Below are positions 15,050 through 15,288 of a DNA stretch of 15,288 nt, in pieces. The notes below the pieces were generated by a model, which saw nothing but the letters and a program-made list of their open reading frames with translations, did not search any database and was not told the origin of the DNA. The stretch spans positions 1 through 15,288 of the forward strand of contig JBLIRP010000089.1 of the NCBI GenBank assembly GCA_049472355.1. The letters run 5' to 3'. The translations under genes were made by a program, and so were the position numbers. This DNA is from a bacterium. GTDB lineage: Bacteria; SZUA-182; DTGQ01; JAFGSM01. Within the stretch, counting starts at the first letter, position 1. Every line of letters begins with the position of its first letter.

Positions 15050-15078
15050 TTGACATCAAGGCGCCATTTTGATATAGT
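15050..15078 (+). promoter_or_regulatory. Sigma-70 promoter of glyQ
   Basis: TTGACA (15050), 17-nt spacer, TATAGT (15073), with extended -10 TG. Confidence 0.7.
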
Positions 15079-15181
15079 TTCCAATTCAAAGCCCTACTCT
15101 TGCATATTTGATGGGTATCATTTAGAGTAGGTGGGATCCTCGGAACGATAAACCAAAAGAGTATACGATCAGTGGAGTTTC

Positions 15182-15288
15182 ATGGGGCAGAAGCATTCTT
15201 TCCAGTCCATCATCCTTTCCCTTCAGCATTTCTGGTCTGATCAGGGGTGTGTGCTGCAGCAGCCCTATGACCTCGAGGTGGGGGCGGG
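15182..15288 (+). CDS. glyQ: Glycine--tRNA ligase alpha subunit, partial (runs off the right edge)
   Basis: Not in the ORF track. GGAG, then ATG at 15182: [36 protein letters not shown], the conserved GlyQ N-terminus. Confidence 0.95.
   Translation, partial: MGQKHSFQSIILSLQHFWSDQGCVLQQPYDLEVGA

Noticed and set aside
15126..15145. T-box antiterminator upstream of glyQ (GGTGGGATCCTCG)
   Set aside because: It deviates from UGGNACC, and no specifier stem or downstream terminator is visible in this short leader.

Overview
GC-rich bacterial chromosome segment with two housekeeping blocks and an AT-rich accessory zone between them. Left block (minus strand): two parvulin/SurA-type PPIases, an S4-domain protein, a 35-aa ORF missing from the ORF track that looks like a collapsed DJ-1/PfpI gene, rsmB, a PASTA-domain membrane protein, rpe and a partial TPR protein. 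Centre: tRNA-Leu(CAG), then four degenerate ~50-bp tandem repeats, a PIN pseudogene, an RHH-PIN toxin-antitoxin (TA) pair bracketed by 27-bp direct repeats, a frameshifted CARDB-like gene, a second RHH-PIN pair, an MscS-family gene and an RHH-MazF pair. No integrase or transposase is visible. Right block (plus strand): era, mgtE, recO and the start of glyQ. Between recO and glyQ is a candidate stand-alone ~85-nt sRNA with its own promoter, two hairpins and a U-tract. All calls come from reading motifs by eye; no searches were run.
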